A stretch of 64,000 nucleotides of DNA from Bdellovibrionota bacterium (GTDB lineage Bacteria > Bdellovibrionota_G > JALEGL01 > DATDPG01): contig OY764265.1 of NCBI GenBank assembly GCA_963668355.1, forward strand, positions 1,312,001-1,376,000. Reading direction: 5' to 3'. The notes below the pieces were generated by a model, which was not told the origin of the DNA, made no database searches, and saw only the letters and a program-made list of their open reading frames with translations. The translations under genes were made by a program, and so were the position numbers. This document shows positions 1 through 8,425 of this stretch, piece after piece (the first letter of the stretch is position 1; every line of letters starts with the position of its first letter).

Positions 1-1725
1 GGGTGTGAAGATCGCGTGTTTCCCGTCTGCCGAAAGCGTCGTGGTTCCCGGAACCGTTTGGGCCGTTTGGTAATCGCAACTGTTGAGTTCGAATACCATC
101 ACATTTGGGATGGAGCCATCCGTACAATTGCTATCGATGACATTCCCGACAATCGTGTCGGCATCAATGGCTTCATTGAATTCAATGGTGAACAAGGTGT
201 TGGGAGAAATATCTGAGGCATTATCAAAAGGATAAGATCCAACAACGAACGGAGGCGTGGTGTCTTGAAAGTCTGCTGCTGTGCTGACCGTCGTAAATGT
301 AACGGTTTCCTCGGTAGACAACGGATTTCCAGCCAAATCGGTTAAGCCTGTCGTGGCCTTACAGTTGTGAGAGGAATTTGCATTCAGAGGTTTGTTGTCT
401 GGTGCGTAGCTGGCCTGGGTGTAGTCTCCGGAGAACTCAATGTCCCCTGAAAGAAAAGTCCCGCCGCGACACATCCGAAACGTACCGTTGGAACAATTTG
501 TCCCCGAATCAAATGTGGTGTCTAACATGGGCTCGCTGAATGCGAATACACAGTTTGTGTTTCGGTCTACACCGGTTTGAGCATTGTTGGGGTCCGTTCC
601 CAAAATACTGGGAGCGATATTGTCATGGACGACAGAAACTTGTGCAGAGGGACTCTGTTTGAGCGGGGGAAGATTGACTTGTTGATACACGCTCAGATTG
701 TTTTCTTGGTTTGGGTTGAGTGGAACAGAAACGCTGTATGAACTCCCACTACAAGAAGTCGTTACGGGATAGGTTCCCGAATCATCTCCGCCTTCGACCA
801 ACACGGTTCCTCCTGAGGTGCAAGAGCCCGACACAGTCACATTGTCTGTGTTGATGTAGTCTCCGTTTGAAGGTGTGGAAATGGTTGGCGTGGCGGGAAG
901 GGGGCTTCCATCATCGATGATACCCAAAAGGTCAAACCCCAAATCAAAATAACCATTTTCATTGAGAACAAATTGCATGAATTGTACACAACCCGTGTCT
1001 TCAGACGGTGTCATGTTGGCTGCACTAATGTTAGGAGTTAAGTCCCACCCTGGGTCTCCGTCGTCATCCATGGTCGGGGTTTCATCGGGGTAGATGCAAT
1101 CAAAAAAGCCATTTCCATCCAGATCGTCTTCCACCAAATCCAAACCATTTGATCCACAGTCCGCCCCTGGCAGGCTTGTGTTGACCGTGTTGATTAAGTT
1201 CGAAATGGGAGTTCCATCATTTTCTCGATATCCCCACAAACCCGTAATTCGAAAATGAAAGGGGCCGTAAAACGTTGTGTTGGGGGGATATGTGTCGGTG
1301 TCCGTGTATTCGTACCCGGTTGGATTTGTCGTCTCGTTGTAGTTGTTGGGAAGGTTCGATTTGTTGACCATCCGAATATAAAAAGAAAGAACTTTGGTAA
1401 CATCGTTGTAATCGGTGGAACAACTATCGGGATCCACAAGCCCCATGCAATAGTTGATCTCTCCGGGACTCTTCGAGTGATCTTTGATTGCGCAATTGAG
1501 AGCGCCGGTAGAATTATTGTAGTCCAAGCCAAACATCGATGAGACATCGATGTTCGAAAATTCTTTGTTGGCGGGATGAATTTCAAGGCTTTTAAATTCG
1601 GCGTCGTAAGATGCAACAAAACTTCCAATCACACCGTAATTGGAGACAGGAGCTTCCGGCGCATTGGCACACGCAGAGATCAAAAAGAGAGACACAACGA
1701 TTGGCCATGTTTTTACTGGTATCAT
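1..1725 (-). CDS. Large Ig-like (Big_5/SbsA-type) repeat surface lipoprotein, partial (3' end beyond left edge)
   Basis: Manually translated: open from ATG 1725 to base 1 with no stop, so absent from the ORF track. MIPVKTWPIVVSLFLISA-C lipobox; DxDxxG-like acidic motifs (DDLDGNG, DDDGDPG); Ig-like units DNIAPSILGTDP...FSEPM...LTDLAGNPL...FTT and DTTPPFVVGSYP...FNEAID; many Cys. Confidence 0.85.
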   Translation of the reverse strand, partial: MIPVKTWPIVVSLFLISACANAPEAPVSNYGVIGSFVASYDAEFKSLEIHPANKEFSNIDVSSMFGLDYNNSTGALNCAIKDHSKSPGEINYCMGLVDPDSCSTDYNDVTKVLSFYIRMVNKSNLPNNYNETTNPTGYEYTDTDTYPPNTTFYGPFHFRITGLWGYRENDGTPISNLINTVNTSLPGADCGSNGLDLVEDDLDGNGFFDCIYPDETPTMDDDGDPGWDLTPNISAANMTPSEDTGCVQFMQFVLNENGYFDLGFDLLGIIDDGSPLPATPTISTPSNGDYINTDNVTVSGSCTSGGTVLVEGGDDSGTYPVTTSCSGSSYSVSVPLNPNQENNLSVYQQVNLPPLKQSPSAQVSVVHDNIAPSILGTDPNNAQTGVDRNTNCVFAFSEPMLDTTFDSGTNCSNGTFRMCRGGTFLSGDIEFSGDYTQASYAPDNKPLNANSSHNCKATTGLTDLAGNPLSTEETVTFTTVSTAADFQDTTPPFVVGSYPFDNASDISPNTLFTIEFNEAIDADTIVGNVIDSNCTDGSIPNVMVFELNSCDYQTAQTVPGTTTLSADGKHAIFTP

Positions 1726-1785
1726 AATTTGGAGCTTTGACGGATCTACGTGCGACAAACACAAAGCACGAAAAGACGTCCTCCT

Positions 1786-1791
1786 ATTATA
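1786..1791 (-). promoter_or_regulatory. Putative -10 box for the lipoprotein gene
   Basis: Perfect TATAAT on the minus strand about 60 nt upstream of ATG 1725; no good -35. Confidence 0.35.
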
Positions 1792-1884
1792 GCCTTTTTC
1801 CCTGACAATGTGTTGAGGAGAAAAGGTTGTCCATTTCTTTCGGTTGAAGCCTAGAAAAAAGCAAAAAAAGTTCCCTTTGTAAGG

Positions 1885-2886
1885 TTAGACAGAAAGCTTG
1901 TTCAATATGAAAGGGGGGAGGGTCTTCAGGTTGTCTGGTGAAATCCTTGGCGTTGTCATGCGGTGGAGTCGGGTTCTTTGGATCAACGCCTTAAACGCGC
2001 GTAGGTGATCTTTGGCCAACGGAGGATAGGCCGGGGCCATGGGATTTTCCCGGATTAAATGCTCCATGAGATGGCAAGGTTTGCATTCGGTTTGGGAAGT
2101 CCTCTCGGGCTCTAGCATGACAATGTCCGTTGGATTCGCATGATCCGCTTTCCATTGGGGATGGTCCTTGAGTTGGAAGCGAACCTTCTTTGTCTCCATC
2201 GAGGGTTCTTTGGCAGAGGAGAGGGATGACGCGAATTCGTGAGAGAGGGAGAGTTCTTGTTCTAAGGGCAAAAGAGTGGGGTTGTCGTTTGAATCCACAG
2301 TTAAAAGCAAATTATCGTCTCCAACCAGTTTCCATCCATTTAGCAGGAAAGAGGCTGCTGTTGTGGACTTTCCGCTTCCTCCGGGTCCTAGAAAAAGGAT
2401 GGACCGTTCGGGACTGGAGACCAACGATCCGTGGAGATAGAAGAGTCCTTTGGTTCTCAGGAGTTCGATGAGGGGAAGAAGAAGAAAGGTACGGGCCGCA
2501 AAATGGGAATCTGTGAAGGTTTCTTCTGACATTCTAAAAAAGGCGTGTGCCTTTTTGTATTCAATCAAGGCGATGGACTTTTCGTCGGTTAGGCGAAGGC
2601 GGTCAGAAATCAATTCCCCCCAAAATGGATGCGATCGAATCCAACGAAGTTCAGGTTTCATGTGTTGAATGCGCCACGGGTTTCCATACACTTCGGAATT
2701 GAAGGTGAAAAAAAGATCGGGGTTTGAAAAAGACTCTGAGACATAAGGGGCCAATCGATCTCTCAGAAGATCAAGCGGGCGAGAAAGTGTGCTTACACAA
2801 CGAAGTTTGATTCCGTGAAAGTTGAAATGTGCGGTTCGAATGGAAGCCCTATCGTTCGGTTGGGAAACCACGCTCTTCCCATTCAT
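1885..2886 (-). CDS. HPr kinase-related (HprK-like) P-loop kinase
   Basis: LHGS...LFLGPGGSGKSTTA (Walker A)...LVGDD motif order typical of HprK-related kinases. Start probably ATG 2886 or slightly later, not 2994, which lies deep inside the rhodanese gene. Confidence 0.7.
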   Translation of the reverse strand: MNGKSVVSQPNDRASIRTAHFNFHGIKLRCVSTLSRPLDLLRDRLAPYVSESFSNPDLFFTFNSEVYGNPWRIQHMKPELRWIRSHPFWGELISDRLRLTDEKSIALIEYKKAHAFFRMSEETFTDSHFAARTFLLLPLIELLRTKGLFYLHGSLVSSPERSILFLGPGGSGKSTTAASFLLNGWKLVGDDNLLLTVDSNDNPTLLPLEQELSLSHEFASSLSSAKEPSMETKKVRFQLKDHPQWKADHANPTDIVMLEPERTSQTECKPCHLMEHLIRENPMAPAYPPLAKDHLRAFKALIQRTRLHRMTTPRISPDNLKTLPPFILNKLSV

Positions 2887-3217
2887 GCCATCCCCCCGCC
2901 ATTGAATAGACGCGCTTGTAGCCCATGCGTTGCAAATTGTCTGCAGACAATGCCGTTCGATATCCTCCTCCACAGTAGAGCACGATGAAGGCATTTTTGT
3001 CCGGAATGATTTGTTTGATGTCTCGTTCGAGAATGCCTCGACCGATGTGCGTTGCCCCTCGGATACGTCCCTCCTCCCATTCGAAATCTTCCCGAATATC
3101 GATCAGAAAAAAAGGATCGCCAGCTTGAATTTTTTCCATCACTTGCGTGGTCGAAATTTCCTCAATGCGCGTTTTTGCATCGTTCACGAGGTTTAAGAAT
3201 TCACCAGAATGATCCAT
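2849..3217 (-). CDS. Single-domain rhodanese/sulfurtransferase
   Basis: DIRE...EW..GRIRGA.H, active-site loop YCGGGYRT, MAGGW; GGAG-rich SD before ATG 3217. Confidence 0.9.
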   Translation of the reverse strand: MDHSGEFLNLVNDAKTRIEEISTTQVMEKIQAGDPFFLIDIREDFEWEEGRIRGATHIGRGILERDIKQIIPDKNAFIVLYCGGGYRTALSADNLQRMGYKRVYSMAGGWHEWEERGFPTER

Positions 3218-3309
3218 AAACTCCCTCTCCTTGGGAATGACTCTACACCGATCAAAGGGTTTTCCCCATGTTCCGCAATTTTTATCTTGGCTAGGTTTGA
3301 ATGGCAAGA

Positions 3310-3732
3310 CTAGACATGATGATAGGGGTCGCCCGCCTTGAAGGAGAGTGAGCGGTAGACTTGTTCGATCAAGACCAAGAGCGCCAAGCGATGGGGCATG
3401 GTGAATTTGGAGAGTGAAAGCATGAGGTCGCTGGACTGTTTTATGGTTTCGGGGACGCCATAAGCTCCGCCCACGATGAATTGCAGAACGCCTTTGTGTG
3501 ATTGTTCGATTTTTTGAAGATGTTGGGTGAGTTGAGCCGTAGAGAAAGATCTTCCTTTTTCATCCAAAACGACGCGGTACATTTTCTTTCCGTCGTATTT
3601 AATTTTTTCTAAATTTTTTACTCGAGTGAGATTCAAACGCCCATACTTTTGGATTCGATTTGAATACTCATCGATCCATTTTCGTTCATGGGGTTGAAGG
3701 CTTTTACCCTCCCAGACGATTTCAATTTTCAC
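3310..3732 (-). CDS. rlmH: 23S rRNA (pseudouridine1915-N3)-methyltransferase
   Basis: LDEKGR, FIVGGAYG, LSLSKFTMPHRLA..VLIEQVYR...PYHH; follows rsfS. Confidence 0.93.
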   Translation of the reverse strand: MKIEIVWEGKSLQPHERKWIDEYSNRIQKYGRLNLTRVKNLEKIKYDGKKMYRVVLDEKGRSFSTAQLTQHLQKIEQSHKGVLQFIVGGAYGVPETIKQSSDLMLSLSKFTMPHRLALLVLIEQVYRSLSFKAGDPYHHV

Positions 3733-4115
3733 GCGAAGGACTGCTCAGAGGATGTGCTTTTTCGGTCGGACTCATCCTTGGCTCGTTTGACCAAGGGGGC
3801 ATCCCCCCAAAGCTTGTCAAAATTGTAATAGTCACGAATGGGTTCAAAAAAGATGTGAACGATGACCGAATCCAGGTCCACAAGAATCCACTCCCCCTTG
3901 CTGTATCCTTCAAGTGAGGTGCGTTTTCGTTTCAGGTCTTCGAAAATGGAATCGGCAAGAGCTTGTGCGTGTCTGGGGGATGTCGCGCTTGCGAGCACGA
4001 AGAAATCGGCATAACTACATTGGCCGGAAACATCCAAAATTCTAAGGTTTAGAGCTTTGTGGTTATCCGCTGTTTCCGCGGCAAACAGCGCTAATTCTTT
4101 GGCTTTCGTGGGAAT
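3729..4115 (-). CDS. rsfS: Ribosome silencing factor RsfS
   Basis: ADFFVLASATSPRHAQALAD, WILVDLDSVIVHIF..R.YY..DKLW. Homology-like sequence (KELALFAAETADNHKALNLRILDV) extends upstream of TTG 4037; true start probably non-canonical (ATT 4115 or ACG 4109). Confidence 0.9.
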   Translation of the reverse strand: MPTKAKELALFAAETADNHKALNLRILDVSGQCSYADFFVLASATSPRHAQALADSIFEDLKRKRTSLEGYSKGEWILVDLDSVIVHIFFEPIRDYYNFDKLWGDAPLVKRAKDESDRKSTSSEQSFA

Positions 4116-4198
4116 AACCTCCGGTGAAAAGAATGATAAAAATGATCGTCAATTCGAACAAATGTACGTTTGAAAATTCTCATGCAGTGAACATTATA

Positions 4199-4226
4199 AT
4201 TATAGCAAAGTCATATCCGCGTGCAA
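4199..4226 (-). promoter_or_regulatory. sigma70-type promoter for rsfS-rlmH
   Basis: TTGCAC(4226-4221)-N16-TATAAT(4204-4199) with extended -10 TG. Confidence 0.6.
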
Positions 4227-4250
4227 TCGACGAAATGCCAAATGGAAAAG

Positions 4251-4928
4251 TTATTCCGTTTTTTCGGCGTCAGGTTCGGGAAGCTGAATTTGAAGGCTTC
4301 CTTTGGGGGCCGGCTGAAGTGAAAAGAACAATCTCAGTTGTTTTCTTTCTGTGGGAAGGGTTTGAATTTGTCCCTTCAAGGGTAGCTGAGAACCGGGGTC
4401 CAAGCAGACTTTTGACTCATTCAACGTCTGACAGGAAAGGCCGTTTTCAGGCTGAAAAAGGGATGAGTCTGAGAACCCTGCACGCTGAATCATAGAGAAA
4501 ATATCCAAGAACGGTTGATCGACCCATCGGAAAAACTCGGCTTGAGGGGGAACCTGTCGAAATTCTGTTTCATGATTGCGCCGGAGAAAAAAATGTTTGT
4601 CGAGATAAATCAGGTCCAAATTTTTTTCCTTTAGCAAGGAAGTTTTGGATAGATGGTAGTTTCCGTTTTCGTCCCATTTAATTTCCCATTGAGATACGTA
4701 GCGTTTGGGAGGCGTTTCCCCTTCTTCCTTCTCTTCCGACTTTTTCTCAGGCTTTGAGATGACCTCGACTTGACCCGAAAAAACAAAGGATGAAAAAGCC
4801 TGAGCATAGGCGCGCAGGGGTTCAGGGCGCGCCAAAATTTCATGAAATCGAGAGGGTTGGGCTTCTTGTGCGGCCAAGCCTTGGGAAATGATTCCAAAAT
4901 AAAGAAAAAGAATTTTAAAAATATTCAT
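4251..4928 (-). CDS. Hypothetical secreted/periplasmic protein
   Basis: 225 aa; signal peptide MNIFKILFLYFGIISQGLAA; start overlaps the obgE stop; no recognised family. Confidence 0.7.
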   Translation of the reverse strand: MNIFKILFLYFGIISQGLAAQEAQPSRFHEILARPEPLRAYAQAFSSFVFSGQVEVISKPEKKSEEKEEGETPPKRYVSQWEIKWDENGNYHLSKTSLLKEKNLDLIYLDKHFFLRRNHETEFRQVPPQAEFFRWVDQPFLDIFSMIQRAGFSDSSLFQPENGLSCQTLNESKVCLDPGSQLPLKGQIQTLPTERKQLRLFFSLQPAPKGSLQIQLPEPDAEKTE

Positions 4929-5913
4929 AAAGTTTTTGTGTGAGATGCTTTAATCCTGTTTCCTCTTTGGCGGAAACGGGGAAAACCTCAATTCCATTTT
5001 CATTAAACAGACACACAATATCTTTTATGGCCTGAGGTTCAAGAATGTCGATTTTGTTCAAGGCAACGACAAAGGGCTTGGATTTTGCCGAGGCGTCATG
5101 ATGGAGGATTTCTGTCCGTGTTTTTGAAAATTGGGTCCACGCAGACTCCGGGTTTTCTTCGCTCACCGTGGTGACGTATAGCAAAAGTCGCGTTCTTTGA
5201 ATGTGTTTTAAGAAGCTGGTTCCCAGGCCCAAGCCTTCATGTGCGCCTTCAATGAGTCCGGGAATATCGGCCAGCGTGATGGGTTTGTCTCTTTCCTGTA
5301 GAACGCCCAAACCAGGGACCAAAGTGGTGAAAGGGTAATCGGCCACTTTGGGTTTGGCAGCAGTAAGGCGAGAGAGCAGTGTGGATTTGCCGACGTTTGG
5401 TGGGCCCACAATTCCGACATCGGCTAAAACACGCAATTCCATCTCCACCCATTGGCCTTCCCGTTTTTCTCCTGGAGTACATTTTCTGGGTGCGCGGTTG
5501 ATCGAGGAGGCATAATTCATATTTCCTCTTCCGCCTCTTCCTCCTTCAGCAATGATGACCCGTTGCGCATCCTCGAGAACTTCCCCAAGAACCTGGGAGT
5601 GATCTTCGCTAACGACAAGCGTTCCGAGAGGAACCCGAATTTCAAGGTCCGGGCCATTGGCCCCAGTGCATTGAGACTTCCCTCCGTCTTGGCCATCTTT
5701 CGCTCGGTAGTGACGTTGGTACCGAAAATCTTGGAGGGTTGCCAATTGGGTGGATCCAATCAGGACAATGTTTCCGCCACGACCTCCGTTACCTCCATCC
5801 GGACCGCCTTTGGGGACATAGCGCTCCCTTCGAAAGCTGCAATGACCATTTCCGCCATCTCCAGCTTTGATGAAGATTTTTGCAGAATCAATGAATTTAA
5901 ATCCCTTAGACAT
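4915..5913 (-). CDS. obgE: GTPase Obg/CgtA (short, little C-terminal extension)
   Basis: Gly-rich Obg domain (GGPDGGNGGRGG), GPPNVGKST, YPFTT, DIPG, NKID, SAK. Confidence 0.97.
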   Translation of the reverse strand: MSKGFKFIDSAKIFIKAGDGGNGHCSFRRERYVPKGGPDGGNGGRGGNIVLIGSTQLATLQDFRYQRHYRAKDGQDGGKSQCTGANGPDLEIRVPLGTLVVSEDHSQVLGEVLEDAQRVIIAEGGRGGRGNMNYASSINRAPRKCTPGEKREGQWVEMELRVLADVGIVGPPNVGKSTLLSRLTAAKPKVADYPFTTLVPGLGVLQERDKPITLADIPGLIEGAHEGLGLGTSFLKHIQRTRLLLYVTTVSEENPESAWTQFSKTRTEILHHDASAKSKPFVVALNKIDILEPQAIKDIVCLFNENGIEVFPVSAKEETGLKHLTQKLYEYF

Positions 5914-5994
5914 GACGGATTATGTTTTTGAACGGATGCTTGGGGAACGTGTTTGTTTCCCGTACAAGCCAAAAAAATTTGAAAAAGGAGTCGA

Positions 5995-6246
5995 TTAAGC
6001 GACGACGCTGACGCGTTTTCGATCTTTGCCCATTCTGGAGTATTCGACGGTGCCGTCTACTTTCGCAAAGATTGTGTAGTCATTGCCCATCCCGACATTC
6101 TGGCCCGGGTGAATTTTCGTTCCGACTTGTCGGACGATGATCCCACCGGCTCGAACTTTTTGCCCGCCATAAATTTTAATGCCGCGACGTTGACCTTGAC
6201 TGTCTCGCCCGTTTCTTGAACTTCCGCCCGCTTTTTTATGAGCCAT
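5995..6246 (-). CDS. rpmA: 50S ribosomal protein L27
   Basis: [16 protein letters not shown] signature. Confidence 0.98.
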   Translation of the reverse strand: MAHKKAGGSSRNGRDSQGQRRGIKIYGGQKVRAGGIIVRQVGTKIHPGQNVGMGNDYTIFAKVDGTVEYSRMGKDRKRVSVVA

Positions 6247-6248
6247 AA

Positions 6249-6554
6249 CTAAACCTCGATTCCAGTGATTTCCACTTTTGAGTAGAATTGACGATGGCCT
6301 TGTTTTTTGTGATGGCCTTTTCGCCGAATCTTGTGGAAGACGGTGATTTTCTCACCACGAGATTGTTCAATGATTTTTCCAACGACGGCACCTTTCGATT
6401 CTGGTTTTACACTGACATCTTTGTCATTGTTGACCAAGAGCAGATCTGTGAACCGAACTTCACTACCGACCGGACCGTCAATTTTTTCCATGGTGACAAT
6501 TTGACCGGGTGTGACGTCGTATTGATGTGTTCCAACTTTTATTATTGCATGCAT
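6249..6554 (-). CDS. rplU: 50S ribosomal protein L21
   Basis: [12 protein letters not shown]...KKQGHRQ; upstream of rpmA; start at ATG 6554. Confidence 0.96.
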   Translation of the reverse strand: MHAIIKVGTHQYDVTPGQIVTMEKIDGPVGSEVRFTDLLLVNNDKDVSVKPESKGAVVGKIIEQSRGEKITVFHKIRRKGHHKKQGHRQFYSKVEITGIEV

Positions 6555-6658
6555 AACTGTCCCCAAAAAGGTGGGCATGGATACGGCTTTTTCGCTTGGC
6601 TGTCAAGTGGCTAGGACGTTAGAGTTAATTGTTTTATTGAAGGGGCTTAGCCAAATTC

Positions 6659-8410
6659 ATGAGTGAAAAAACAGCCATCATTTTCAGCGAACTGACGACG
6701 AAATTTCCTAATATTCAAGAGGACTTAGGTCGGTTTGGGCTGGCGTGCCATTTGGCGGATGGCGGGCGTCGAGCTTTAGAGCAAGCTCAGGAGTTAAATC
6801 CCTCCTTGCTTTTGCTGGATGTGGCCATGCCGGAGATGAGCGGAATTGAGTGTTGTCGGCAAATCAAAGAGGGGGCTTTGCGAGAGCCTCCCAAGATCAT
6901 TTTAATCTCTTCTCTGGAGTCTTCGGGGATCGAACAGCGGGCGCAAGATGCCGGCTGTGATCGGTACCTTCTGGAGACCGAGGCTCAAAGCTCACTGAAT
7001 GACATTTTGGCCAGTTTTTTCGCAGGAGATGAGCATGTGGCTCAGTCCCAGGTTTCAGAAGGGGAGGTGACGTCTGCCCCCGACACCCCCGTTGATTTGA
7101 GCAGTTCTGACTCTGGCTCTGATCGGCGCAGTGCTCCTCGAATTGAGATTCCGAGCCCCGTTCTCTACACCGTGGAAAAGGATGTGTTTCATGGTCGGTT
7201 GATGAATTTGAGCCAATCTGGGGTCCTTTTTGCGGCTTCTCAGGACATTCCGATCCATTCGCTTGTCGAATTGCGTTTTCGGACGGTTCACGGACAGGAA
7301 TTCAACTTGGCCACCAAAGTGGTTCGAACGATTCCCTTGAAAAAACCGCAAAACGGGTTGAGTTTTGGCATCGGAGCGACCTTTGAAAAAACGGGTTTGG
7401 AAGATGATCAAAAAATCGATTGGTTACTGGACGCCAAATTGGAACTTAAACTTCCAGGCTTTTCTCCGGATCAGCTAAGACAATTTTTGGATGGGGACGA
7501 AACCTTAGTTGGTCCTGTCATGCGGAATGAACATGAAAATGCGGTCTTCGACATTGTTTTGGGACAGAAGACGAACTTTGAAATTTCAGCTTTTGGAAAA
7601 GAAGAGAATCAAGCTGACTGCGTAAAACGATTGGTTTTTTTGCGTGCCCAGTTGCGAGCTTTTCGAGCCTTTGTTCCCACGCTTGCTAAAAATAAGGGAA
7701 CGTTTGCCGGGATCTTTCTTCCTTTCATACCTCCGCTGTTTGAAAAAGTGGCTTCCATTGAAGAGGAGTCGAATGGTTTTGTTCGGGAAGCTGTGGAAAG
7801 TGGGGATGAAACCAGTCGTGAGGGACTGATTCAAACGAGCAATGCGCTCTTTGATGCTCGTGTGGCATTGGTCTGCGCCTTGGCCGACCACTTATCTCCC
7901 GATGGTTTGGGAGATCAGGGCGAATTTGTGAGGCGCATGCATGTGGAAGCCGAACAAATTCGGTCTCGACAGGTGGATGAGTTCGACCAAAAATATGCCC
8001 GACGTGCTCCGGTTCCTGAGCCCAAGGAAGAGGAAAAAGAATCAGATTTCATGAAAAGCCTCTCGTCGAAGAAGACATGGATTCTTGCCAGTGTCTTCGC
8101 CTTTTTTACCTTGCTGGGGGTCGGGGGATATTTCCTTTCCCAAAGAGTGGCTCCGAATGAGTTGGGGCTTCCCGTTGGGGTTTCAAGCATCACAAAGGTT
8201 CATAACGGTGTGGATGTCATCATTGAAAAAGGGGTTTGGAGTAATTGGCCGGATGAAGACAAAGAGATTTGCCTTCAAAAACTGGAAGAATACATGTCCA
8301 CGAACCGACAAAAGCAGGTCAAAATCAAAGATGAAAACGGTCGCCGAATCGCCGTCATCATGGGGACGAAATACGGCCAAGATTGGGTCTTCAACCGGCG
8401 TTTTTATTAG
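6659..8410 (+). CDS. Receiver + PilZ domain membrane-anchored protein
   Basis: N-terminal REC (LLLDVAMPEMSG); PilZ motifs RSAPR (RxxxR) and NLSQSG; helical middle region; one TM (WILASVFAFFTLLGVGGYFL) near the C-terminus. Confidence 0.8.
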   Translation: MSEKTAIIFSELTTKFPNIQEDLGRFGLACHLADGGRRALEQAQELNPSLLLLDVAMPEMSGIECCRQIKEGALREPPKIILISSLESSGIEQRAQDAGCDRYLLETEAQSSLNDILASFFAGDEHVAQSQVSEGEVTSAPDTPVDLSSSDSGSDRRSAPRIEIPSPVLYTVEKDVFHGRLMNLSQSGVLFAASQDIPIHSLVELRFRTVHGQEFNLATKVVRTIPLKKPQNGLSFGIGATFEKTGLEDDQKIDWLLDAKLELKLPGFSPDQLRQFLDGDETLVGPVMRNEHENAVFDIVLGQKTNFEISAFGKEENQADCVKRLVFLRAQLRAFRAFVPTLAKNKGTFAGIFLPFIPPLFEKVASIEEESNGFVREAVESGDETSREGLIQTSNALFDARVALVCALADHLSPDGLGDQGEFVRRMHVEAEQIRSRQVDEFDQKYARRAPVPEPKEEEKESDFMKSLSSKKTWILASVFAFFTLLGVGGYFLSQRVAPNELGLPVGVSSITKVHNGVDVIIEKGVWSNWPDEDKEICLQKLEEYMSTNRQKQVKIKDENGRRIAVIMGTKYGQDWVFNRRFY

Positions 8411-8425
8411 GTTCTCGTCAAACGT

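Noticed and set aside
16..1628. Short ORF-track calls (16..216, 1194..1628, 1217..1423, 1255..1542)
   Set aside because: Shadow frames of the continuous minus-strand lipoprotein gene at 1..1725.
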